This document shows positions 33,570 through 43,923 of a stretch of DNA of 64,000 nucleotides, piece after piece. A program made the translations under genes and the position numbers. Source of the DNA: a bacterium (lineage in GTDB: Bacteria > JAMCPX01); the NCBI GenBank assembly GCA_021787665.1, contig JAJYLN010000007.1:10135-74134 (forward strand). The letters are read 5' to 3'. Every line of letters begins with the position of its first letter. Position 1 is the first letter of the stretch. The notes beneath the pieces are model-generated. The model made no database searches, was not told the DNA's origin, and saw only the letters and a list, made by a program, of their open reading frames with translations.

Positions 33570-35156
33570 ATGGTCACAACAAACAACGACAAAGCATATA
33601 AATGGTGGGTCCTCGCCATCGTGATTATCGGCAGCTTCATGAGCGTACTTGACAGCTCCGGTATGAACATCGCCCTGCCCCATTTCATGGTCGCGTTCGG
33701 CATCAACATGGACCAGGTAGAATGGATATCGACGGTGTACATGCTTGCCTTCGCCATATTCATCCTGTTCGCCACGTGGATGAAGAACGTGATCGGCCTC
33801 AAACAGACGTTCCTCTGGGGCTTGTCCCTGTTCACGGCCGGTTCTTTCTTATGCAGCTTTTCGTGGAGCCTCGACTCCCTGATTTTCTTCAGGGTGATCC
33901 AGGCGATAGGCGCGGGCGCCATTACCCCGTTGAGCGTCACCATGATATCCGAAGTGTTTCCAAAAGAAGAGCGGGGGTTCGCGCTCGGCATGTGGGGCGC
34001 GGGTACCACCGTTGCACCTGCCGTGGGGCCTACGATGTTCGGCTATCTTATAGACCACGTGGGCTGGCGCGCACTGTTCTACGTGAACATACCTATCGGC
34101 ATGCTGACGCTGTTCTGGAGCATCACGGTACTGCGGCCGTCGAAAGGCAACCTGAAGTATTTCCGGTCTTTCGATTCCGCCGGCTTTCTGACGTTCTCGC
34201 TGTTCGTCTGCACACTCATGGTCGCCCTCCAGAAGGGACAGGAATGGGGGTGGATGTCGAAGGACATCATAACGCTGTTCGCTGTGGCCTACTTCTCGTT
34301 CCTCCTGTTCATTATGACCGAGTTTGTAGTCAAGAAGCCCATCATGGACCTCTCCATCTTCAAGAATTATAATTTCGCACTATCCAACGTCATGCAGTTA
34401 ACGAGGTCCGTTGCACTGGTTGGGAGCGTCTTCCTTATGAGCATGTTCTTCCAGAACCTCATGAACTATTCCGCCACGACGACGGGCGTCATGCTGATCC
34501 CGCAGGCGATCGCCCTCAGTATCAGCATGCCGATAGCGGGCAAGCTTTCCGATCATTTCGGCGCGAAAAGGCCGCTGGTAGCCGGTACCCTGCTGACGGC
34601 GTACTCGCTGTACTATTTCTCGAACCTCTCCATCTTTTCGAGCTACGGCTTCATCGTGGCGGGCATGCTGATGAGAGGGTGCGGGATCAGCTTCATCATG
34701 GCGCCCTTGACCATATCCGCTATCAACGCGCTGGAGCCCGAGCAGGTGAACCTCGGGTCGGGCGTACTGAACCTTATCATGAGGATCGGGAGCTCGTTCA
34801 GCATAGCCGTCATGGGCGTCATCGTGGAGAACCGTACGGACTTTCATATGTCCACGTATGCGGACAGCGCGGCGTATCGCTCACCGCTTTGGCACGGGGC
34901 TTTGAACAAGACCATGGCATACGCCCTCAGCAAAGGGGCGAGCTTCTATAACGCGGCAATCGCCGGGCGGGGCATCTATGTCGGGTATTATCTGAAACGG
35001 TGGGCGAATGCCAATGCTTATGATGATGCATTCTTTATTGGAGCCCTGTTCGTTCTGGCAAGCATAGTCCCGGCACTCATGCTGAAAGACATAATCTATA
35101 AGAAGACCAAGGGGCCCCAAAAGGCCGCCGTGGTCGGGTCGGAACAGGCCGACTGA
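33570..35156 (+). CDS. DHA2 (EmrB/QacA) MFS efflux transporter
   Basis: [42 protein letters not shown]. Confidence 0.92.
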   Translation: MVTTNNDKAYKWWVLAIVIIGSFMSVLDSSGMNIALPHFMVAFGINMDQVEWISTVYMLAFAIFILFATWMKNVIGLKQTFLWGLSLFTAGSFLCSFSWSLDSLIFFRVIQAIGAGAITPLSVTMISEVFPKEERGFALGMWGAGTTVAPAVGPTMFGYLIDHVGWRALFYVNIPIGMLTLFWSITVLRPSKGNLKYFRSFDSAGFLTFSLFVCTLMVALQKGQEWGWMSKDIITLFAVAYFSFLLFIMTEFVVKKPIMDLSIFKNYNFALSNVMQLTRSVALVGSVFLMSMFFQNLMNYSATTTGVMLIPQAIALSISMPIAGKLSDHFGAKRPLVAGTLLTAYSLYYFSNLSIFSSYGFIVAGMLMRGCGISFIMAPLTISAINALEPEQVNLGSGVLNLIMRIGSSFSIAVMGVIVENRTDFHMSTYADSAAYRSPLWHGALNKTMAYALSKGASFYNAAIAGRGIYVGYYLKRWANANAYDDAFFIGALFVLASIVPALMLKDIIYKKTKGPQKAAVVGSEQAD

Positions 35157-35177
35157 TCCGCCTCTGCACCGAAATCT

Positions 35178-35217
35178 CCGATCTGTGACCGATTTGTGAC
35201 TTTTCGCGTGGTAGACT
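35178..35217 (+). promoter_or_regulatory. 11-bp tandem repeat plus extended -10; candidate SARP/BTAD-activated promoter
   Basis: CCGATCTGTGA CCGATTTGTGA, then TG-g-TAGACT at 35209-35217; AAGGAG SD downstream. Confidence 0.6.
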
Positions 35218-35245
35218 CGAGTCCTTTAAAAAAAAGGAGAAAACT

Positions 35246-37075
35246 ATGAACAAGACAATTACCTTGATTATCGCAAGTGTGCTTGCCATGGGTATCATGG
35301 CGGGATGCAGCAGTACAAACGGCAAGAACGGCGCTACCGGCCCGCAGGGCCCGGCAGGACCTATTGGTCCGAGCGGACCGACAGGCGTAACGGGACCAAC
35401 AGGGACTACCGGAGGCATCGGCCCCACGGGCCCCACCATGCCGGTTATCCAGAGTCTTTCGGTGTATGGCCAACCGGCGAATCCAAGTGCGAGCTTTACG
35501 GCTGATGTCGTCGCACAGAGCGCACAGGGGCTTGCGCTGACCTATACGTGGACGGCAACAAGCCCGTGGGCTATATCGCCGTCCAGTGTAAACAGCCAGA
35601 CTGCAACCATTACCGCGCCTTCGAGCTACTCCGCTTCCGGCACGGCCACGATCGAAGTCAGCGATGCAAGCGGCAGGTACGCGATGGGCACGATTGCTCT
35701 GAGCACACAGGGTAACACTGCGCCCGTCATCGACAGCATTGCCATCGGTCCCCAGCCGGTTTATTCGGCGGCGAACCTCGAGTGTTATGCTCAGGACCCG
35801 GACGGCGATCTGCTAAACTTTTCATGGTTTATCGGAGCGTATTTGACAACGACGGGCTTTGAAAATAATACCGTGTGGAATTCACCGGGCATACCCGGCC
35901 TTTACAGGCTAATCGTCGAGGTGTACGACGGCCATGGTAATCTTTCAGAAGGAAGCAGCTATATGAACGTGAGCAGCGCCTCGCCCTGGCCCACGTTTCA
36001 CAGGGACATACAGGGAACAGGACTGAGTAATATAAATACAAGCTCTATAACAACACCGACACTAAAATGGAGCTATACAGACCCAAGCATGACGGGATAC
36101 CAGCTATTGGCATCACCGGTCATTAGTGCGGATGGAACGGTCTACGTAGGCACAACAAACTGGACAAACGGCGCACTGTACGCCATCAATCCGATTGATC
36201 AAGCACTCGACTGGAGCTTTACGACTGGGGGAGGAGGAATATGGGGAACGCCGACCATTGTCTCAAACGGAACCATCTATCTTCCCTCGGCGGATGATCA
36301 TCTTTATGCCCTCAACGCAACGAACGGAACGGTTGCCTGGAGCTTTACAACAGGGGGAACCATACACGCGACCCCGGCGATCGGAGCGGATGGCACGATC
36401 TATATCGGGTCGTACGATCAAAATTTCTATGCCATTAGTCCACAGGGGAAAGAAATATGGTATCATTGGACCGGCGGTCTCATTGATTCCGGGGCGTCAA
36501 TGGCTCCGGACGGAACTATCTACATCGGAGCAACATTTACTTCGCCTACGCCGAATCAGGGGATGTTATATGCGTTCTACCCGGACGGGACGGTTAAGTG
36601 GAGTCACCTGATATTCAGCGCAAGCTACAGCGCCGCTATAGATTCCAGTCCGGCAATCGGAGCGGACGGTACCATCTATGTCGGTTCGGAGGACCATGAT
36701 CTTTATGCAATCACACCAGCCGGATGGAACAAATGGGCCGCTGCAACGGGAGGTGGCATAGCCACTTCACCGTCAATCGGTCCTGACGGCACGATCTATG
36801 TGAGCTCCTTGGATGGCTACCTTTATGCGTTTAACCAGGATGGTACGGAGAAATGGTCCGTGCTGACAGGCTCGGTCTATTCATCACCTGCGATCGGAGC
36901 GGACGGTACCATCTATGTCGGTACACAGAATGGTTATCTTTATGCAATCTCACCTGCAGGAAACATAAAATGGGAATATTACGCAGGCAGTAGATTATAC
37001 TGTTCACCGTCAATCGGTTCTGATGGAAGCATATACATCGGAAACTATATTGGCTCCTTGAGCGTGGTACACTGA
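35246..37075 (+). CDS. Lipoprotein: collagen-like stalk, Ig/PKD-like domains, PQQ-type beta-propeller
   Basis: Lipobox IMAG-C21; 13 G-X-Y triplets; repeated [15 protein letters not shown] units. Confidence 0.85.
   Translation: MNKTITLIIASVLAMGIMAGCSSTNGKNGATGPQGPAGPIGPSGPTGVTGPTGTTGGIGPTGPTMPVIQSLSVYGQPANPSASFTADVVAQSAQGLALTYTWTATSPWAISPSSVNSQTATITAPSSYSASGTATIEVSDASGRYAMGTIALSTQGNTAPVIDSIAIGPQPVYSAANLECYAQDPDGDLLNFSWFIGAYLTTTGFENNTVWNSPGIPGLYRLIVEVYDGHGNLSEGSSYMNVSSASPWPTFHRDIQGTGLSNINTSSITTPTLKWSYTDPSMTGYQLLASPVISADGTVYVGTTNWTNGALYAINPIDQALDWSFTTGGGGIWGTPTIVSNGTIYLPSADDHLYALNATNGTVAWSFTTGGTIHATPAIGADGTIYIGSYDQNFYAISPQGKEIWYHWTGGLIDSGASMAPDGTIYIGATFTSPTPNQGMLYAFYPDGTVKWSHLIFSASYSAAIDSSPAIGADGTIYVGSEDHDLYAITPAGWNKWAAATGGGIATSPSIGPDGTIYVSSLDGYLYAFNQDGTEKWSVLTGSVYSSPAIGADGTIYVGTQNGYLYAISPAGNIKWEYYAGSRLYCSPSIGSDGSIYIGNYIGSLSVVH
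35321..35437 (+). repeat. Collagen-like (G-X-Y)13 coding repeat
   Basis: [39 protein letters not shown]. Confidence 0.9.
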
Positions 37076-37153
37076 GTTGGAGTACGGGCAAAAAGAATCA
37101 ACGGAGCGTGCATCGGTGTAAGAGATAATAGCGTTGATAGAAAGAGAGTAGAT

Positions 37154-37187
37154 GGGGTGTCCCGCCGCCGGCAGGACACCCCTTTTT
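37154..37187 (+). terminator. Rho-independent terminator
   Basis: GGGGTGTCC...GGACACCCC stem followed by TTTTT. Confidence 0.8.
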
Positions 37188-37198
37188 CATGCTCCCGC

Positions 37199-37252
37199 GA
37201 CGGTACGGTCTACGTCGGCTCGAACGACAAACATCTCTATGCGATACACTGA
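37199..37252 (+). pseudogene. Orphan 3' remnant of a PQQ-propeller gene
   Basis: Translates as DGTVYVGSNDKHLYAIH*, in register with the upstream gene's terminus [17 protein letters not shown]. Confidence 0.8.
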
Positions 37253-37258
37253 TTAAGC

Positions 37259-37287
37259 GTAAGGGCAGGTTTCAAACCTGCCCTTAC
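37259..37287. repeat. REP-like palindrome
   Basis: GTAAGGGCAGGTTT-C-AAACCTGCCCTTAC, perfect 14-bp arms, GTAG-family-like ends. Confidence 0.7.
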
Positions 37288-37293
37288 ACCGGG

Positions 37294-37373
37294 AAATTTC
37301 CCCTGCCCCTCTTTCCCAAAGAGTGGGTCTCGCTGTCTCTCCCCTTTGGGAAAGGGGGACTGAGGGGAATTTT
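37294..37373. repeat. Imperfect long inverted repeat (small dispersed repeat/MITE-like)
   Basis: AAATTTCCCCTGCCCCTCTTTCCCAAAG ... CTTTGGGAAAGGGGGACTGAGGGGAATTT. Confidence 0.6.
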
Positions 37374-37578
37374 GGGGTTGCGGCTGAAAGCAGTCGCTGG
37401 GGCTTACAGCTCCCTCCGCGTGGTTGACTGATACGAACAAAGGCTGTAAATATGGATGAGGAGGCAGATATGAAAGATAATCTCTTCAAAGACCGCGCAG
37501 GGCACAGATCAGCTCGACCGGTACGCCCTCGCCCTGCATGGAGACAGCCCATGAAGCATTCCGTGGACACAGCAGGCA

Positions 37579-38184
37579 ATGCGTAGGACAGGGGCCGCCA
37601 CCCTCTTCCCGATCCTCCTCGTCTGTACCCTCGTGCAAGCAGGCCCTATCTGCGCCGCGGGCAGGGAGCGCACCGCGTACGAAGGCGTACAGACAGCAGA
37701 AGGCCGGGGCATCGACCTTCTCATGGATCAGGCGTACTACAGGTCCCTGACGGCGGATCTGGCCCGAGCAAAGCATGAAATCACGATCGTCATGTACCTG
37801 TTCAAGCTCACCGGACACGAATCAGCCCTGCCCAACCGTATCGCGGGCATGCTCATGGACAGTCATCGGCGGGGCGTGGACGTGACGGTTGTCCTGAATT
37901 TGGACCAGAAGAACAATCTGTACAAAGAAGAAGACGACCTGAATAGGACGAATCTGAAGACGGCAAAGGAGCTGGAGCACCGTGGTATAAAGGTCTCATT
38001 CGACTCCCTGCACAGGATAACGCACGAAAAGGTCATCATCATCGACCGCAGGATCATCTACATCGGCAGTCACAACCTTACGCAGAGCGCGCTGAAGTAT
38101 AACCACGAGGTGAGCGTACGGATCGTCTCTCCGGCCCTTGCTGGAGAACTCTTACCGTACGTGAAGACACTGATTCAGGAATAG
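37579..38184 (+). CDS. Phospholipase D-like (single HKD, Nuc-type) protein, probably exported
   Basis: HEKVIIID, GSHNLT, NHE; hydrophobic N-terminus. Confidence 0.85.
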   Translation: MRRTGAATLFPILLVCTLVQAGPICAAGRERTAYEGVQTAEGRGIDLLMDQAYYRSLTADLARAKHEITIVMYLFKLTGHESALPNRIAGMLMDSHRRGVDVTVVLNLDQKNNLYKEEDDLNRTNLKTAKELEHRGIKVSFDSLHRITHEKVIIIDRRIIYIGSHNLTQSALKYNHEVSVRIVSPALAGELLPYVKTLIQE

Positions 38185-38255
38185 GGACAGAACAGCACGA
38201 TCCTTTCTATTGTTACGAACCCTAAAATGGGCTATTCTCGGTCTGAGACAAGCAT

Positions 38256-39768
38256 ATGAAACAAGCAATACAACACAGCGTGCGTCGGATCGGGACGGCG
38301 GTCGGCTCTTCCCTGAGATGGATCGGACGGAAGTTCATCAACCTGCCGCTCAAGTTCAAGCTCACGATCGCCATGCTCATGATCATGATCCTTATGGTGG
38401 GACTGCTCTCGCTGCTCCACTACCAGACCGAGAACATGCTCCTCAAGAACGTCATGGAAGATACGATCGAGCTCTCATCAGCCATTCAGATCGGCGTACA
38501 GCAGCTCACCATGGGGCCGGGCAAGACGGACCAGGCGCGCCTGCAGTCGTACATAAAAAGCCTCCAGGAGAAGGGCGTCAAGGAGATATCCATCGTGAAC
38601 AACGAGAACCAGGTCATCGCGAGTTCGAACCCCAGACACAAGGGCAAGCTCATCTCGATCATCCATCCCAGAAGGGAGTTCGTGATTACGGCGAATCTCG
38701 GAGAGAAGCACGCGAGAGTGCCGCAGAAGTCCTACAACATCATTGTCCCTATCATCGTCGGGAACGTCCAGCTCGGGTACGCGCACATCGTCATGCACCT
38801 CGACGACATCCAGCAGATACTCGAGGCGACATTCTTCGAGAGGATACTCCTCACGGTGATCATCCTGAGCCTTGGCATAGCCGCGATTATGTACGTGTCG
38901 AACATCTACTCGAAGCCCATTTACAACGTCATCGAGGCGGAGAGGACGGTATCCGACGGGGACTTGTCAGTAAAGCTTCCGGAAGACAGGAGCGACGAGA
39001 TCGGTACCCTCAACAAGGGGTTCAACAGTATGATAAGAAGTCTGTCCGAGAAGAAAGAACTCGAGAACAAGCTGCACAAAGCCGAAGAGCTCTCCCGGCT
39101 CGGGCAGCTCTCAGCCGGACTTGCACACGAGATCAGAAATCCGCTGAATCTCATAAACCTCAGCATAGATCACCTCAAGGCAAAGGCGTCCGGGTTTGAC
39201 GAGAAGACAAGGGACGAGTTCATCGGCACGGCCGATACTATTAAAGCAGAGCTCTACCGTCTCAACAAGCTCACGGATCAGTTTCTGAACCACGGGAAGG
39301 CAGTCATAGAAAACAGGGAGGTCCTCAGCGTGAATACGCTCCTCAAACACCTCGCCGATCTGGTCAAGAACAAGTCCGAGACACAGGGCATCAGGCTCGG
39401 CATCGCCCTGCCCGAAGAGCAGGCGTACATCTCCGGAGAGAGGGAACAGCTCAACACGGCATTCCTCAACATCATGCTCAACGCGATCGATGCCATGCCC
39501 TACGGCGGCTCACTCGAGGTAGGCTTGTCAGTCGCGGGCGACGGATGCACCGTGTCGTTCCACGACAGCGGCCAGGGCATCCCCGCCGACATCATCGACA
39601 GGATTTTCGAACCGTTCTTTACCACGAAGGAGACCGGTATTGGACTGGGACTCGCCATCAGCAAGGACATTATCACACAGCACAGCGGCAGCATCGCGGT
39701 GAAGACCGCCCGGGACAGAGGGACCGAGTTCATCGTCAGCCTGCCGCTTGCTAAGACCGGGACTCCCG

Positions 39769-39779
<11 letters not shown>
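38256..39779 (+). CDS. HAMP sensor histidine kinase
   Basis: Two TM helices, DEIGTL HAMP, AHEIRNPL, NAIDA, DSGQGI, GIGLGL. Confidence 0.93.
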
Positions 39780-41142
<1,363 letters not shown>

Positions 41143-41148
41143 CAGGAC

Positions 41149-43914
41149 CTATCTTTTTCCCCTCGCCGCCTCATGCGATGCCAGCGCCGCCTGCGCCGCC
41201 GCGAGTCGGGCGACCGGAATCCTGTACGGAGAGCAACTCACATAGTTGAGGCCTGCGCTGTGGCAGAAATGTATCGTCATCGGGTCTCCTCCATGCTCGC
41301 CGCATATGCCGAGCTTTATGTCAGACCTCGTCTTCCTGCCCTTCGCTGCTGCCATTTTGACCATTTCTCCGACACCCTTGACGTCAATGGTCGCGAAGGG
41401 ATCGAACGAGAGTATGTTCTGCGGCTTGACCATGACACGGTACCCACACTCCTCGCACACGCCCTCTTTATTCAGTCTGCCGCCACACACCGGGCAGTGC
41501 TCGGAATACGACCGGTAGAAGCTAATGAACCTGCCAGCATCGTCCCGGGAGAACCCATAGGTCGTCTGGGTAAGGTCGTTGGTACCGAATGAAAAGAACT
41601 CGGCCTCCGCAGCAATCTCGTCGGCCGTCACGGCGGCCCTGGGCAGCTCTATCATCGTGCCCACGAGGAACCTGAGCTTCCTGCCCCTGTCCTTCATCAC
41701 CTCGTTCGCCGTCTGGATGACGATCTCCTTCTGTGCCCGCATCTCTTCTACCATGCTTATTACCGGGAGCATAATCTCCGGGTAGACCTTGATGCCCTTG
41801 TCCATGAGTCCGCACGCAGCCTCTATGATCGCCCTGACCTGCATCCTCGTGATGTCCGGCATGATGATGCCGAGCCGCGCACCTCGCAGGCCGAGCATCG
41901 GGTTGAACTCGTGCAACTCTTCGACCCTTGCGAGGAGCTTCTTCTTCTCGGCCAGGACGGCACCGTTCACTCCCTGCATCTCCAGCCTCGCTATCTCGAC
42001 CAACAGCTCTTCTCTCCGGGGAAGGAACTCGTGCAGCGGGGGGTCCAGCAGCCGTATCGTTACCGGCAGCCCCTGCATCTCCTTAAGGATGCCGGAAAAA
42101 TCCTGCCGCTGCATCTCGAGGAGCATGTCGAGGTATTTGAGCCTCTCTTCCCTTTTCACGGAGAGTATCATCTTCTGCATGATACCTATCCTGTCCTCCG
42201 CAAAGAACATGTGCTCGGTCCTGCACAACCCCACGCCTTGAGCGCCGAACGCTCTCGCCCTGCTCGCGTCCCTCGGCGTGTCGGCATTCGCCCTTACCCC
42301 GAGCCTCCTGATATTGTCCGCCCATGTCATAATGGTCTTGAAATCGCCGGTCAGGCCAGGGTCCACGAACGGTATCCTGCCGATAATCACGTCCCCGGTG
42401 CTACCGTTTATCGAGATAGCGTCGCCCTCCTTGAGGAGCTTGTCCCCCATCTTTACGGAGCGTGTCTTCTCGTCTATCTCGAGCGCCTCGCACCCCACCA
42501 CCGCGGGCTTGCCGTACTGCCTCGCAACGACAGCGGCGTGCGACGTCATGCCTCCGTGTCTGGTAAGGATGCCCTTCGATGCGTCCATGCCGTGTATATC
42601 GTCCGGAGACGTCTCCTCTCTCAGGAGAACGACCGCTTCCCCTTTCTGGGACCACTCCACGGCCTTGTTCGCATCGAGCACCACCTTGCCGGACGCCGCC
42701 CCCGGCGAAGCAGCGAGCCCCTTTGCGATTACTTCGTACTTCGCCTTCGGATCGAAGACAGGATGCAGGAGCTGTTCGAGCTTGTCCGGCTCTATCCTCC
42801 GTATCGCCTGCTCCTTCGTTATGAGCCTCTCTTTGACGAGATCAACGGCTATCTTCAGGGCAGCCTGCGGTGTCCTTTTTCCGGTCCTGGTCTGGAGCAT
42901 GTATAGCTTCTCGTTCTCGACGGTGAACTCGAAGTCCTGGACGTCCCGATAGTGCCTCTCGAGCCGTGTCGTTATGTTTCTGAGCTGCTTGAACACGGCC
43001 GGCATCTCCTTTGCAAGCTCAGAGATCTGCTTGGGGGTCCTGATGCCCGCGACTACGTCCTCTCCCTGGGCATTGGTCAGGTACTCGCCGTAGAACATCT
43101 TTTCTCCGGTGGCGGGGTTGCGCGTAAAACCCACGCCGGTGGCAGACTTGTCGCCGGTATTGCCGAACACCATCGTCTGGATGTTGACCGCAGTGCCCAG
43201 GTTTTCCGGGATATTGTTCTGCTTCCGGTAGTATATCGCCCGGTCATTATTCCACGATTTGAATACGGCCTCCATCGCCATGAACAACTGTTGGTAGGGG
43301 TCCTGCGGGAATTCCGTCTTCGTCTTCGACTTTATGATGCTCTTGAAGTCCTCCACCACGGACTTCAGTGCTGTCGGAGATACCGCCGTATCGTCCTCAG
43401 CGTTCATCTTTTTTTTGTATCCCTCGAAGACCTCCTCAAAAACCTTCTTCCCCATGCCGAGCACCACGTCGCCGAACATATAGATAAATCGCCGGTAGCT
43501 GTCATAGGCGAATCGCTGATTACCCGTCTTGTCAGCAAGCCCGGCAACGGCCTGGTCGTTCAGACCGAGATTGAGGATCGTGTCCATCATGCCCGGCATG
43601 GAAAACTTGGCGCCGGAGCGTACCGACACGAGCAGAGGGTTGTCCTTGTTACCGAATGTCTTGCCGGTGGCTGACTCGAGCCTTTTTATCGACTGCTTGA
43701 CGTCCTCTCTGAGGGTCTGCGGCAGTTTCATCCCCCTTTTGAAATATTCCAGACATACCGTCGTTGGGATCGTAAAGCCCGGCGGGACCGGGATGCCTGC
43801 CCTGGTCATCTCGGCAAGACCGGCGCCCTTGCCACCCAGCAGGTCCTTCATCTCGGCCTTGCCGTCGGCCTTCCCCTTTGCAAAAAAGTATATACGCTTT
43901 ATCTTCTGTGCCAT
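41149..43914 (-). CDS. ppdK: Pyruvate, phosphate dikinase
   Basis: LLGGKG, SMPGMMDT, GGMTSHAAVVAR, FGTNDLTQ, GICGEHGG. Confidence 0.97.
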   Translation of the reverse strand: MAQKIKRIYFFAKGKADGKAEMKDLLGGKGAGLAEMTRAGIPVPPGFTIPTTVCLEYFKRGMKLPQTLREDVKQSIKRLESATGKTFGNKDNPLLVSVRSGAKFSMPGMMDTILNLGLNDQAVAGLADKTGNQRFAYDSYRRFIYMFGDVVLGMGKKVFEEVFEGYKKKMNAEDDTAVSPTALKSVVEDFKSIIKSKTKTEFPQDPYQQLFMAMEAVFKSWNNDRAIYYRKQNNIPENLGTAVNIQTMVFGNTGDKSATGVGFTRNPATGEKMFYGEYLTNAQGEDVVAGIRTPKQISELAKEMPAVFKQLRNITTRLERHYRDVQDFEFTVENEKLYMLQTRTGKRTPQAALKIAVDLVKERLITKEQAIRRIEPDKLEQLLHPVFDPKAKYEVIAKGLAASPGAASGKVVLDANKAVEWSQKGEAVVLLREETSPDDIHGMDASKGILTRHGGMTSHAAVVARQYGKPAVVGCEALEIDEKTRSVKMGDKLLKEGDAISINGSTGDVIIGRIPFVDPGLTGDFKTIMTWADNIRRLGVRANADTPRDASRARAFGAQGVGLCRTEHMFFAEDRIGIMQKMILSVKREERLKYLDMLLEMQRQDFSGILKEMQGLPVTIRLLDPPLHEFLPRREELLVEIARLEMQGVNGAVLAEKKKLLARVEELHEFNPMLGLRGARLGIIMPDITRMQVRAIIEAACGLMDKGIKVYPEIMLPVISMVEEMRAQKEIVIQTANEVMKDRGRKLRFLVGTMIELPRAAVTADEIAAEAEFFSFGTNDLTQTTYGFSRDDAGRFISFYRSYSEHCPVCGGRLNKEGVCEECGYRVMVKPQNILSFDPFATIDVKGVGEMVKMAAAKGRKTRSDIKLGICGEHGGDPMTIHFCHSAGLNYVSCSPYRIPVARLAAAQAALASHEAARGKR

Positions 43915-43923
43915 CAAAACCCC

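Noticed and set aside
36100..37060. Near-identical DNA repeats (e.g. GATCGGAGCGGACGGTACCATCTATGTCGG) resembling an array
   Set aside because: They are in-frame propeller blade repeats, not CRISPR; no cas genes seen
37022..37252. DGR template/variable repeat pair (gene 3' end versus orphan copy)
   Set aside because: Differences are spread over all four bases rather than confined to adenines, and no reverse transcriptase is in the window
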